Positions 21,790 to 35,300 of a DNA stretch of 64,000 bases are shown one piece after another. Source of the stretch: Callorhinchus milii (taxonomy: Eukaryota); NCBI RefSeq assembly GCF_018977255.1, contig NW_024704750.1, positions 13,702,001-13,766,000 on the forward strand. The letters run 5' to 3'. The position numbers and the translations under genes are program-made. Under the pieces are notes generated by a model. That model did no database searches, was not told where the DNA came from, and saw nothing but the letters and a program-made list of their open reading frames with translations. Position 1 is the first letter of the stretch. Each line of letters begins with the position of its first letter.

Positions 21790-22090
21790 GCTCTGACCCC
21801 CACACTGGGGCTTTGAGCTCACCATCTACCGTCCACGCTGAAGCTCCCAAGCGCAGTGCCAGGGGCAATGCTGTGTTGTCAGAGGTGCCATTCTTTAGAT
21901 GAGACGCTAAATCGAGGTCCCGTCTGCATGTTCTGGTGAAGGTTAAAGATCCCATGGCGGCCCTTGAAATTGTTTCCCTCAGGCCAACAATCTGCCGAAT
22001 ACAACTAGTTACTCACTCCATGGCTATTTGTGGAACTTGCCTGTCAGGTTTGTCTGCAAAATATGCAATCACTACACTTTACAGTGTTGA
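21790..22090 (+). mobile_element. Deu-domain SINE (SacSINE1/AmnSINE1-like) relic
   Basis: gtcagaggtgccattctttagatgagacgctaaatcgaggtcccgtctgc...aaagatcccatggc; homologous to 53870-54130. Confidence 0.65.
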
Positions 22091-23177
22091 GCCTTTATCA
22101 TTTGCAGTCTTATCAGGAACATTTTAAGCCAGTGAATCAGGAACATTTTTGCCCTGCCTGGCAATTGAACCCACACTTGTGCAGTTTAAGTTTGAGCAGT
22201 GGGATCTGTTTATTCCTTTCTTGTTTGAGTAGATAATGCATTAGAGGGTTTAAAAATCAACTGGAGGCCTATCTAGTTGTGACTATTTTGTTATTTGTTC
22301 AAGGCACATAAAATGTCTGGCATATTTGAAGTAGTTTACTCTGGCTGTTGGTTTGATGACTTAACACAATTACAACTTTGGAATGCAGAGAAGGCAACAA
22401 AAGCAAACGAGGGGTTTTATCTGGCTTTATTAGGGAGCATGACATAGAAAAAGCTATGTAATGTACAAAACCATTCCAAGCCTAAGCATTTTAGGAACTG
22501 ATCACCGATTGTTCTTGTATTCAAGCTGACGCTATTGTGAACAGAATAATGATCCTTCATAACTAGTATCTTGTTATTTTAACAGCATTAGTTGACACTT
22601 TAGCTTCAGTTTCCTACAGTAATTTTACCTGGTGTTTCCCTCCTTTGGCTCCCCTCCAGTATTGCATTTTAAACTAAAGTGGAATAAATTAGATCTTTGA
22701 ATTGGATAGTGTCAATGTACCCCAAATAAACTTCAACTGATGGTCACTGTGATAATTTTTATATATTCCACTATGAAGTGTGCGTTCTGAGTCCAGTAGT
22801 TGCTTTTGCATAGACCATCACCCTGGATATGTTTCATCTATCAATACAAACACTCAGTATTAAATTTCTGCAATCTTTTATGACAGAGGAATTTCCCTTA
22901 AGGTATTCAATCCAACTGCTGATTAATATCTGGCAGAGCACACAACAGTACTTGGCACAATAGTCTGTTGTGAGTTATTGTTTAATTCCAAATACCACCC
23001 CCACACACAGAGAGTAATATTGATCTTAGTTAAAATGTCAAATCTGGAACCGTTAGTGAAGCTATGTGCAACAAGTTTTAAACTTGTTTTAAAAAAGATT
23101 TGTGTTCCCTCAATGAAAAGAGTAATGGTAAATTGCATATATTGTACAGAAATCACAAGTCATCTTATGCTTTCAAT

Positions 23178-23183
23178 TTTATT
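23178..23183 (-). terminator. Candidate PRORP poly(A) signal
   Basis: AATAAA on the minus strand about 145 nt after the stop codon. Confidence 0.5.
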
Positions 23184-23328
23184 TAAAAAAATTATACACA
23201 TGTGGCAAATTAAATTCAAATAATCAATTTACATATATTTACAACAATGTTTTCTTCTAACCAAGGGGTATTTGCTTGGTATTTGACACAATCTTAGCAT
23301 CGTCAAAATTTGCAGCTGATGTTTTTCC

Positions 23329-26300
23329 TCAGTGTTTTTTAAGACATAACCATTTATGTGGAACTTCATAGGAGCATCTCTCGACTCCTTCTTCATCATA
23401 TGGTATATGCCAGGTGTCACCCGTGGTCTGTACTATAGTGTCATACTGTGGCATGATCTATTAGGGAAAAAGGAAGACAGAAGTCAGGTCACATGCAAAT
23501 CATCACAAATACACCATATTTCCCACATTTCTAAAAAACACATTGTTAGAGCCTTATGAGCTTAAAAGGAACAATTACACCAACCAAGCAATTTGCAAGA
23601 AATAGATGCAATAGTCAAATTTTAAGCTTGTGTGCATTTTAACATAAAATAGTTCGGTGTGTCTGGCTCAAAGATACAGTAACAATGAAGAGATTAATTA
23701 AAGAGATTCATGAATGGGAATCGGCAGCCAAACAATATTGTGGAGACGGCTCTCCTAGGAGATTCAGGAATAGTGAATGAAAATGGACTTTTCTCTGCAA
23801 CAGTGAACTCTTGTGTTTTGTGAAAGATCTCTAGGTCCAAAATAACTTTGGCCTAGTGTATTTCAGGTGATTACATAAGTTACATGTTATCCACTTAAAG
23901 CTCAATTGGTTTATGATTTTTTTAAAAAGGATTTTGTGTTGTTAAAATAAAGTGTTTATTTTGTTTTTGAGCTCTGCTACTCACCTCAAATTTTATTTTG
24001 CCCCATGGATTGTATGTTGACAGGACAAGTTGGTGTCCACGCTGCCACTTGAAGAATAATCTTTGGGTGCTGGTGTCAACCAAACAAGCTTTATGATCCC
24101 GCATTAAATCTCTACTAAGGAATCTACAGTGATTGCCTGACTGGATTGTTGCATATAACAGAAAAGGGTCATCTTCAGAGCTAAATGAAAAAAATAAAAG
24201 TATTTGTTATACTTGCTACTGAGGAATACAATCTGGAAATATATACACAAAGATACAAGTTGGACACAACAACTTGAAGACACTTTACTCTGGTTGCCAT
24301 TATGGTTAGTAAAGCAATCATTCACCGTCCTAATTCAGATACTCACAGATTTAAACACAAGTTGGCAATTAAAAATCATTGGGAATTACACTGAAAATTT
24401 CTTTTTAAATAAATGTAAATTGTATCTTTATTTTGTAATATTTTACAATAAAATTTTTTTTGCTGGTTCATTATTCTGAATAAATAAACTAAATTCCTTA
24501 GAATAAAGTTACTAGATCCTTTTTGGGGGGAATCAGCCAAATTAAAATTTACAAGCTGGTTTTTTTCTTAACAAAAGTCGATATTTGTAGCATGTTCTAG
24601 GACAGTGGATGGTCAAAGTTTTGGGTCAGCCAACGAAATAGATTTTTCTTTATTGAAAAGTTACCAGTGTAATGCAGTGGGCCGCAGGCCACTTTTGGGG
24701 CATCGTCAAGAAGCGCCCTGCAGAACATCTGCACCAGTCAAGGCAAGTCTCCGCCAAATCATTACCTTGTTTCCAGTAGCTACTGAGTCGCAATACTCAT
24801 GGCCAGCCATAAATGAAGAAAAATTCAAGAAAGAAATATGCTATTTGGTTGACCGACCATAAAGATTGGCCGCCACTGTTCTGGGATATTCTTGTCGATA
24901 TTCTGTACAGAACTTAACTTACATGTCTTCTGTGAAGAAGCAATCAGCATACTTTTGTACAGCAGCCATGTGATTTCTGTCCCAGCTACGAGTTCCTCTC
25001 AGCATGTGCTTGCGACCCAACACAAGTAGTCGCAGGCCTTGTTGTGCAAGGTGAGAAACTACATCAAGAAGCTGGATTCAAAAGCAAACAGTTGGATAGT
25101 TAAGCTTCTGTTTAATAGACAGCAACAACAACAAAATTACATTTTACAGCGCCTTTCATGTCAGGAGGACGTCCCAAGGCGCTGGACAATCAAGTGTTTC
25201 GGACCCGAGCTGGGGGTCGGGATCAGGGAGGGTGCTGGACAGGTGGGGGGGGGGGGCAGGGGGAAAAAGGGTGATCAAATGCACGGTCGAAGAGGAGGGT
25301 CTTGAGACGGGTCTTGAAGGAGGCAAGTGAGGGGGCGAGGCGGAGAGACTGCGGGATGGAGTTCCAGATGTTAGAGGCAGAGTGGCTGAATGTCCGCCTG
25401 CCAATGGTGGGGCAGATGAGGTGGGAGAACGTGAAGCAGGCCGGAGCCCGCTGAGCGGCGGGAATGGGTAGATTGGTGGGGGTTAGGAGATTGCAGAGGT
25501 AGGAGTAGCAAGGCCATGGACGGCTTTGAAGGTGATGACCAGGATCTCGAACTGTATCCTCTGTGATGGGTAGCCAATGGAGTCAGGCGAGGAGGGGGGT
25601 GATGGGGTCACGGAGCCTGGTACGGGAGAGGACACGGGCTGCAGAGTTCTGGATGATCTGCATCCTATGCAGGGAGGAGTTGGGGAGGCCGACAAGCAGG
25701 GAGTTTGCGTAGTCAAGCCTGTATGTTATGAATGCGTGTATGAGGGTTTTGGCAGCCTGCGGTGTGAGGCAGTGGCAGAGCCGGGCGATGTTGCGGAAGT
25801 GGGGGAAAGCAGAGTGGGTCATGGGATGGATATTGGGTAGAAATGATAGTTGAGGGTCAAACTCGAGGTTCTGGACTGCCTTGGTGAGGTGTGCATCCTT
25901 GGATAGACACAATATATTTGTACTTCAGATCTAACTAGTTCTTTTAGCAAAGGAGCAGTCTGAATGCTGTTGCTCTGCATGTAGGAAGTTATGAAACTTG
26001 CACAGGCGGCATTTGGAAAGCACTGAATGTCAAGCTCCTATCCGGTTAGTGTTACCGTACCATCATACTTTCAACATGTTAAAACAGAACTGGAACATTA
26101 TTAAAACCTTTACCACCTAAACTTTTAGTACATTTTGAAAACAGTCCCTTGTGAGAGAGGAAAATTTCCCATTCGAAGTAAAACTTTTTGTTGAGAAAAA
26201 AAAATCACCTTGTTGAAATTCCATCTCTGTTTGTCCCAAATTAACATAAAGCTATTTCTTAACTCAAAAGTATAGTTACTGTGGTGCTGCCTAGTAAAAC

Positions 26301-29300
26301 GGCCTTGTTCAGCACACAATTCACCACAGCCCTATTAAATTGGAAAACAGATATTAAGCTATTTAATTAGAACAAGAAATATGGTAATTAGAATAATCTT
26401 TCCATTTGATATTTGACACCTTATCCCAGAGTCGAGACGTCGCAAAGAGCTTCACGGGATTTCACGGTGAAGTGTAATGACTGTGCATTGGTAAAGTAGA
26501 CACTGGTTTGTAACCATTATTGAATACTATTCACGATTTGGAATAATTTTGCAGGTCATCAAATCTTGAACAATATACTCTGGAGGTAATGAGAGGAGGT
26601 TTGTCCCTGGCAGATGGCTAGAACATCCCTCCAGTTGATAAATGATGAAGGTAATACACACGCAGCAATCACATTGACAGTTGAACAACCTCAATGCAAT
26701 CATTGCAAATTTCTCAAATGATATTTAGCAATTGACGTTTTGTATACATCTCAATCAAATAAACTACAAAAAGTAGCAAATAGCTAATAAGAGGATTACA
26801 TAGCAGGAACTGAGTCAAGATGTTTGGATGACATCAAAGGCCATAGAACTGTGGACTCAATCAATTCACTAAAAGCTATTTGCTATTGCATAATATATAA
26901 TCTATAAATTCATTGACTTTACCATAATGCTGCTGGAATATTGAGCAGGTAAAAGTAGAGAAATACAGTGATAAGGATGGTTGCAGTTTGGCAGATTAAG
27001 GTGTAGGAAACTGGAGACATCTTGCTCCTATTTCACTTTACTGACAAATATCATTATAATTACAAAGGTTATGGACCAAACCATCTTGAAGCACAATCTT
27101 CTGTAACAGTTAGGCGGGGATTTTCTGCCAAGTTGGGGAAAGTTCAGAATTAACAAACTCCCACGTAACTTCTCATCTTTAAAGGCAAGGAAAGTATGAG
27201 CTACAGAAAATGACAAAGTCATAAAATAAATGCGGGGATAGAAGTCTGAAACAATAAAAATTGAAGACATTTTGCACTTTGGAGAAATGAGATTTCAATG
27301 AACTCATTCCCAACACGTGAAAGAATAAGTAAATGTTTAGGTAGGAAAGTATAAAAAACACAATGTTGGGAAACAAAATGTCTGAACGTTAAGAAAAATG
27401 AAGTTCTTTTTTTATGCAAACAACAAAATATAAAACAGGAATGGAAATGAAAGCCAGTTAACAGCCTGAAGTATTAATTTTCAGCCAGATCAGGTGAAAA
27501 TATTACTGTTTAAAAAAAGACAAGGAGCATTACATGTGGAATAAAATGATGGTTGAGTACAGGATGAATCTAGCAAGCGGTATAGTATGAAGTCTCTTTA
27601 TCTAGCTGGTTTCACTATCAACTCAAACTGCTTATTTCTTTGAAATTGCTGACGTTCTCCTGAAGATTTGGAGATTGTACAGGATAAAAGATTATTCTGC
27701 AATGCCAAAAATGCGAGAACAATGTAGCATTAATGCAATGGGCACAAAATCCTATTCACTTTTCACTTGAAATACATTACCGAATTCTGTCCTGAAGGTT
27801 GCCTTCATGAAATGATGCAACTAACAATAGCTGTTACTGAGTGCAATACAATACTCATCTTTGTAGCATCAAAGAACAGGGGAAAATACCATTTCTCAGA
27901 CAGTAAGATGTAGCAATGGAAAGTCAGGTGCTTGCTTGCTCATGGCATGAATGCAACTAGTCACAGGGCTTAAACTGTGATACCAAAAAAATCATGACAA
28001 ATTTTCCATTCACTTGGAAACATGAATTGTGGGCATAGGCCATATATTAATCACTGATAAGTGTGTGTGTGGGGGGGAGAAGCAAAGTGTAAATGGCATG
28101 AACTGTTCTATGAAAATTACTGCAGTAAAAGATTACTAACCGAGGAACACAAGTAGCTACTACATAAATTGCTCAAGTGTTAGTTTCCACTTTGTAACTG
28201 GGTTTTCCGAGTTCCTGAGAAACACACAGTTAGTTCTTGCATAAATAGCAATAAAACATTAGTACATTGTACCTAGTAATTTGGCACTCCTAGATTCATT
28301 ACTATTGGGGATGCAAAAATTAATCATCACTTACTTATCAACATGGTACTAGTCTAGCTGGACCACCCCCTCACCAGCTAGGGTTCTGGTTTGCAGAGTT
28401 GAATGTAGTCCCTACCCCTCCAGGTTTGCCTTTGATTACTTTGCGAGGGTAGCTACAAAAAGTCCCCTCACTTCCTCCACATCTCTTCCTCCCACTCGCT
28501 ACTCCTCCCCTTTCCCCTCTGTAAAGATAATCCCTCAAGGCTTATTTTTAGACATGGTTTAATTCTTTTAACCTCAAATTGGTGAAGGGCTGGCAGATTT
28601 ATTTGGATTCAGTTTCAGTACCCAATAATAATAATCCTTGCCTTTGATATAGTGCCTTTCACATCAGGAGGACATCTTAAAGCACTTTATGGGATTTACT
28701 ATAAAATAGTTGCATAATGTTACATAATGCAGGTGAATGCAGAAGCCAATTTACATCCAGCAATGCCTCAAAAATACCTCAATGAAGTGAATGACCATTT
28801 TTATTTTGGGGATTATTGTCTAGGACACCAGCAGAATGACACTCCTGACAACACTGCATTCACCTGGTACTGGATTTGAGCGTCAGCCTAGACAATGAGC
28901 TCAAAGTCCCAATGTGGGGGTTTGAATCTACAATCTTCTGACTCAGGCGAGTGATACCAACTAATCCAAGTTGACACACAATTCCAGTGTTCAACCCACC
29001 CGTGGAGTCCTGTAGTTCACCGGTTACAGAGCACTAGCTTTGCAAGAGAGAGACCTGGGTTCGTTTCCTGGCAGGGCAAAACCTTGGGCAAGTTTCCTTA
29101 GTCCACACGCCTAATAATAAACCCTCAAAAAAAAATTGGTCACTTCAATCCACGACTGTTTGTGGGTCACTGCTGTGCATAATTGGCTGCCGCGTTTTGC
29201 CCACAAATATACAGTTAATTCACTTTACAGTATATTCTGTGAAGCACTTTGAGACGTCTGGAAGATGTGAAATGTCAAATGCAAGGATTATTATTATTAC

Positions 29301-32300
29301 TCAGCTTCTCATTATTTACCACTGAGATTAAGACAAAATCAACAGAATTTCATACATCAAACAAATGACACAAAATTAGCCATCATATATATCTCCTACC
29401 AAAGCAAACTATCCTGTTGCATAAAAGCATTAAGTATTCAAAGAAAAAGTCTGGAGTATCCAAGTTGGTTAGGGAAGGGCGATTGTATAATCTGAATGAT
29501 TTGGAGGGATTATTACCACCAGAAAGTGATCCACCAATCAACTAACAACCGGGTTCCTACTTACTTCTAAATAAACAGAGGCGTGTGGAGTAAGGAAACA
29601 AACCGGGGTCCTCTCGTTTGCGAGGTGAGGGTGCTACTCTACAGGACTCCAACAAAAAAGCCTACAATCGCATGTTCCAACTGGCTATTGAAAACTATTA
29701 AGCACCTCACATCTTCAAGTAAAATTTAAGTGCTGAATATAAGATTCACAACTCTTTTTAAAATACAAAATGTTACCAAGAGCATAAATGGAATGAAAAA
29801 ATGTAATCCCCCAAATCGAATGTGCAGCTGACTAAATACATGTTAACGCATGTAAAACCATGTGTAGGAAAAAAGAAACTGACATTTAAAGTGGTATAAT
29901 CACCTGGATGACTCCACCCATAACAGTTTCAGTGTGAGCTTTGTACTCGATCATACCATATTCAAATAACATTGTACAGTATTTACGTATAGTAAATTCA
30001 AAGATATTTCCTCAGTGACTAATTGGTTTATACTTGGCAAAAACCCTACACTCCTTTAATTGAAGTGTGAAAGGAATGTAACTGATCTGTAGTACTGTAG
30101 TTAATAATGATTCATATTGCAGGTAGCGCATGATGTGTCCATCACAGATTTCAAGGAAACTAAACTGTACATTCCCACACTAGAGGTTTTGTTTGAGGAT
30201 GATCAGCTTGTCTATCATGCAATTTAGATGCTTTTATTTTAATAGGCTGCTTCATCATTACAGGTGCAGAAGAAATTGACATAAAAAAAATCCTGCTATG
30301 CCATCTCATCGGATATAAAATTTAAATTGCTCGTGCTGAGAATTTTATTTCGTCCTTGGGACAAGTGTGAGGAATTGGAAGTTTATGTGCGTATTTCAGA
30401 AAAAATGATAAAAGTAATTTGCCATGATTCAAAATCCAATCATTTTGAAGGAGTGCATCTGGGAATGAGTGGAATCATCTTAAAATAATCTCTTAATTTC
30501 AACGACTACATTTCCCCCCGTGGCTCACATATCAAAACATTAGAGCAAGGAGTTAAGCAGATAGTTGTGTTGAGAACATTTGAAGGTTATGAGGTGCAAA
30601 GGAAATTGCTATTTAAACCAAGATGATTTTATTGAAGGTAAAAATAAAACTGATAGTCTGTACAGAAATCTGCATGTTGCTCTCATACTTAAAACTAACT
30701 CACACACTTGGACTTTTTCAAACTTTTTCTCTAAACAGAGGAAAGTCCAGCTGGTAAAAGTAGGAAGTCACACACAGGTTGGACACAATTCAGCATAACT
30801 TCAACAAACGAGAAATACAACATACCTCTGTTTTTGATTGACTAGTTTCCATAGTTAGTCATGGGACTAAAATTCAACCTTTAGCCCCAAAATTCCAGAA
30901 TTTTACAATCGAATACATTTACATAATCATTTGCAGGACCATATCTCACAATATTACACAATGCAAATCAAGTGTTCAATAAGTGTGGATAACCCTTTAA
31001 AATGATTGCCCCTTTGCCCCCACAGTCTAACACATTTAGAAGTTAACTCAACAGTACAGTAAATATGCCCATCTAAAATTAAGCAATAGAGTTTACATCA
31101 GATAAAATCAAGCAAAAGATCTAATTAAAATAAAGAATTTGGTTTGTGAAGTATACACTACCAATTTACATTCATAAAACCTTAAATGGAAAAAAGTGCA
31201 TCACTAAAATGCCACATTACCTTGGTGTCCACACTTTAAATAGAATCTTTGTGGGCGCTAAATGAATAGAACTTCCTCAGCTACTCGGCTGTTGGTGTTG
31301 AGTAGGAATTTGATCAGTTAAAGCCATTAACCACAGCGCTAAATGAGAGTGGAGAACCATTGATTTGAGCAAATTTTGGAAGATAATTTTGACCTGTAAT
31401 TCTTTGTTTACTTTGTGACATTATGAATATCAAATCATTTACATTGATTGATTTGAAGTTTATTTAGGCACAATTTACAATGTTGGATAATCTTCAGAGA
31501 CTACAAAGCAATAAGGTTGAAGCATTACAAATACAGTCACTAGCATTTACAAAACATTCCTGGGAAGCACTTTAGGATTTTTTGACAATGTGATAAAGCA
31601 CTGCATCAAATGTGAGGATTGATATTTTATTATTAATTTGCATAATAGTTAAATTCAGTAAACATAAGAGTTAATGGTTATTTTTAGAATACTTTCTATT
31701 TGCGGTTTAGGCTCATTGGTACAAAATGGAAATTTAGTAAATTTATTGTGTAAGAAATCATTTGTTTAAAAAAATCAAATATTTTACTAAAATGTTTCAC
31801 AGACATCAAAATTATCGTTGCATTTGTCAAACCTCTGGGGGGTGGGTGGGTTGGGGGGGGCTGGAATTATACTATTTTCATGCAACTGTATTTTTAGTGA
31901 GCCTTTTCTGGAGCAGGAGGGTGGAATAAAGGCATATTCATAGGTGTTTTACAACTTAAATGAAAAGTTGAAGGAAAGTACCTAACACACACTCTGGCAC
32001 AGAAGTATTGGGATTCTAAAAATAAGCTATTTCCTTACAGGATGTTCGTGGTCATAAAGCGATCTGCAATATCACACTCTCTCAGCATTTCTCATCCCCC
32101 ACTCCAATCAAAAGCTGTTAGCACAAACGGCACAGCCCTAAGCACATACACACACACACCATATATGTCTATACACACTTGGACACACCCAGGATACACA
32201 CAGTACAGCCCCCCAGCCCGCCCGCACAACCCCCCCGCCCAGCTCGCACAGCCCCCCAGGCTGCATAGCCGCAGAGCTCCCCCAGCCCGCCCGCACAGCT

Positions 32301-35300
32301 CCCCTAGCCCGCCCGCCCGCACAGCTCCCCCAGCCCGCCCGCCCGCACAGCTCCCCCAGCCCGCCCGCCCGCACAGCTCCCCAGCCCGCCCGCCCGCACA
32401 GCTCCCCAGCCCGCCCGCCCGCACAGCTCCCCAGCCCGCCCGCCCGCACAGCTCCCCAGCCCGCCGCCGCACAGCTCCCCCAGCCCGCCCGCCCGCACAG
32501 CCCCATAGCACATGCGCAGCCCTACAGTACACACACACACGTACACACGCATGCACATGCACGCACACAGCACTGCCCCATGGTGTTGTGTGAATGTACA
32601 CTTCTATTGGGCTGAAATGAACATATACAGATATTCCATTGTAAACATCTGCAATCTAAAATTTGCTTTTTAGTTTTAAAACGGGTATAATTTCAGATTG
32701 ATTTTCACCTGCAGAAAACACATGAGGTACGGAAGCAATAATAATCCAAGATTCAGTTTCCCTATCTCGGGCAAACTGCAGACTGCTGCACTCAACATTT
32801 TATGAATCATCTTTGGTTATAAAACTACGGTTTTGATAAGTTGCTTTTACTACATTGCTTGAGATTCCAGACTGGCACTAATCTTGCATTTTGGCCTTCA
32901 GTCCTACATTACTGAAGGATTATTAATACTACATACCATGTTACAAATGTAATCTTGTTGTTGTTTATCAATCAAGTGTTTGCACATTAACCTGGATTAA
33001 CAATTCAGCATTTCACCAATGCACCATCTACTGCTACACAATGGTGCAACACCTTTTGGCTTTGCCAGATAGTTCCTTCCCAGCACAAGCACATAAAACA
33101 GTGCAGTGTCTGAAAAGAAGTAACACGTTTACTGGTTGAAATTACAGCACTTTTACCAGCAATTGGGCAGGAAAATGATCAGCTCATTAAATGACTTATT
33201 TTGATCAACTGCAAAAATGAAAAAAAAATACTATTTTCTCATCTGTAGATTGGTACAGCAAACCTAACTATGAGCATGTAAATGCAGGAACAAGGAATTT
33301 AAAATAGAATGATTAAACATTAAATTTATTCATCAGCCTGGGTTACGAAAGATTTTTTTTACATAACACCCTTTCATTAATGTCATACTCAGTATGTTCA
33401 ATACTCATGAACAGGATTCACATCCATTCTGAAATGCTGCACATACATTTGACCACTTGACTCAAGTTGCAGACAACAACTTTTATATTGCGTTTTTCAC
33501 GTAAAGAAACATCTCACAGTTCTTTACAAAATTAGATTAATTCAGATCAATTTATAAATCAGTGCACTGTACTGGTACCAGCACATAGGTTTCACTGTAA
33601 AAAAAGACAGAGAAACCAGTAGATGCCAAGTCAAACTTGCACTCAGTTTCTGCCATGGGCCTCCAGTAAACAAGTTCAAACAACAACCTCATTAGTCACT
33701 GGGGAAAAGCATGTATTGCAACAAACCATTAGCTTCCTGGTTATAAAACTTTAAAACCATGTTTATTTGTATTTTGTTTTTAAGGCATTTAAAAATAACT
33801 ATTGGAGATTGAATGGTACAGGAGGGTAGGATGTGGGTTTTCAGCCACATTCTTACATTTAAATTTCTGATCTTGAATGTATAGCTGCAAGATAGTGACA
33901 AATAGAGGCCAGAGAAGATAAAATGTTGGAGGAGGGGAAAAAAATGAGATAGAAAAATGTGTCCAGTGATATTTTTGGTTCCATAACAGTAATATCACAC
34001 AGTAACATAGATGTTCAAACATGGAAAATGTCTCATGTCTCCATTAGAAGATATTATGTATCTTGATAGTTATAATAATCCTTGCATTTGATGTAGCGCC
34101 TCATCACGTCTTCGAGATGTTTCAAAGCACTTCACAGAATATACTGTAGTTAATTGATTATATTTTGTGGGCGAAACAAGGACAGCAGTGTCCCACAAAC
34201 AGTTGTGGATTGAGGAACCAAATCATTATTATATTTTTTGTTGTTTGAAAGGATTATCCCCAGAAAAGCGATCCACCAATCGACTAAGAACCGGGCACAA
34301 TTGAGCTAGAGCTTTTAAGTTACTGTACATGGTTTACTCCCCTGCATAATAAAACCCAGTGTGTTGGTTGTAGATATTTAAATGTATAAAAAGGTTATTA
34401 TTACTCCAGTAATAGCATTATATTGTACCTGTTCAGAATGTGAAAACAGTAGTTTACTGATGAAGATATTTTAATACAGATTTTTTAACACTATGTAATC
34501 CTACACTGTAACATGTGAGGCAATTCAAATGATTGGTAATACAGTCCTTTACTTTGTTCCAAAGTGAACATTTTAAAAGATTTGGAACTAAATTTCATTA
34601 GTGGAGTCCTGTAGCTCGGTGGTTAGAGCACTCGCCTTGCAAGTGAGAGACCTGAGTTCAATTCCCGGCAGGGCGAAACCTTGGCTAGTTTGCTTACTCC
34701 ACACGCCTAATAATAATCCCTCCAAAACAATAATAAATTGGTCATTTTCAATCCACGACTGTTTGTGGGACACTGCTGTGCGCAATTGGCTGCCACATTC
34801 GCCCACAAATGTACAGTCAATTCACTTTACAGTATATTCTGTGAAGCGCTTTGGGATGTCTAGAAGACGTGAAAAGCTCTCTATCAAATGCAAGGATTAT
34901 TATTATTAAATCATACTAGCACATTCGAGGGCTCTAATGGACTGACTAAATTATGAATATTCCCAAACTTTTGTCTTATTGAGTTTTGTGAAGGAAGAAA
35001 TCCTGGGTTATGGTAAGTTAGTGAATCACTGTGGTTCTGGTGCTTTACATCTGGAGTATACAGTACTTCTGATTACTTGTGTTGAGAATGGGTGGAGTGT
35101 TACCAAGGAAGTACATGATTCATTCTTCTTAGTGACCCACAAAAGGATAGATGCTGATTCACAGCTATGACACAAGCAAAGCTGAAAGAAAATCTGCAGA
35201 CGTAAACTGCTCGTTTTTATTCTATTTGTAATCCTAATCACGCACAGCGACTAAATTTACATAATTCTTTCATAGGCTACCACCTTACTGACATCAACTA

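Noticed and set aside
22390-23770. Faint CR1 ORF2-like remnants (also ~35000 and ~35800)
   Set aside because: Too degraded to delimit by eye.
32042-32601. Pro/Ala- and Gly/Arg-rich ORFs on both strands
   Set aside because: Stop-free reading of the GC minisatellite.
34606-34676. tRNA-Ala(TGC)-like cloverleaf
   Set aside because: It is the head of a multi-copy SINE that continues into a body and (att)n tail; not called as a tRNA gene.
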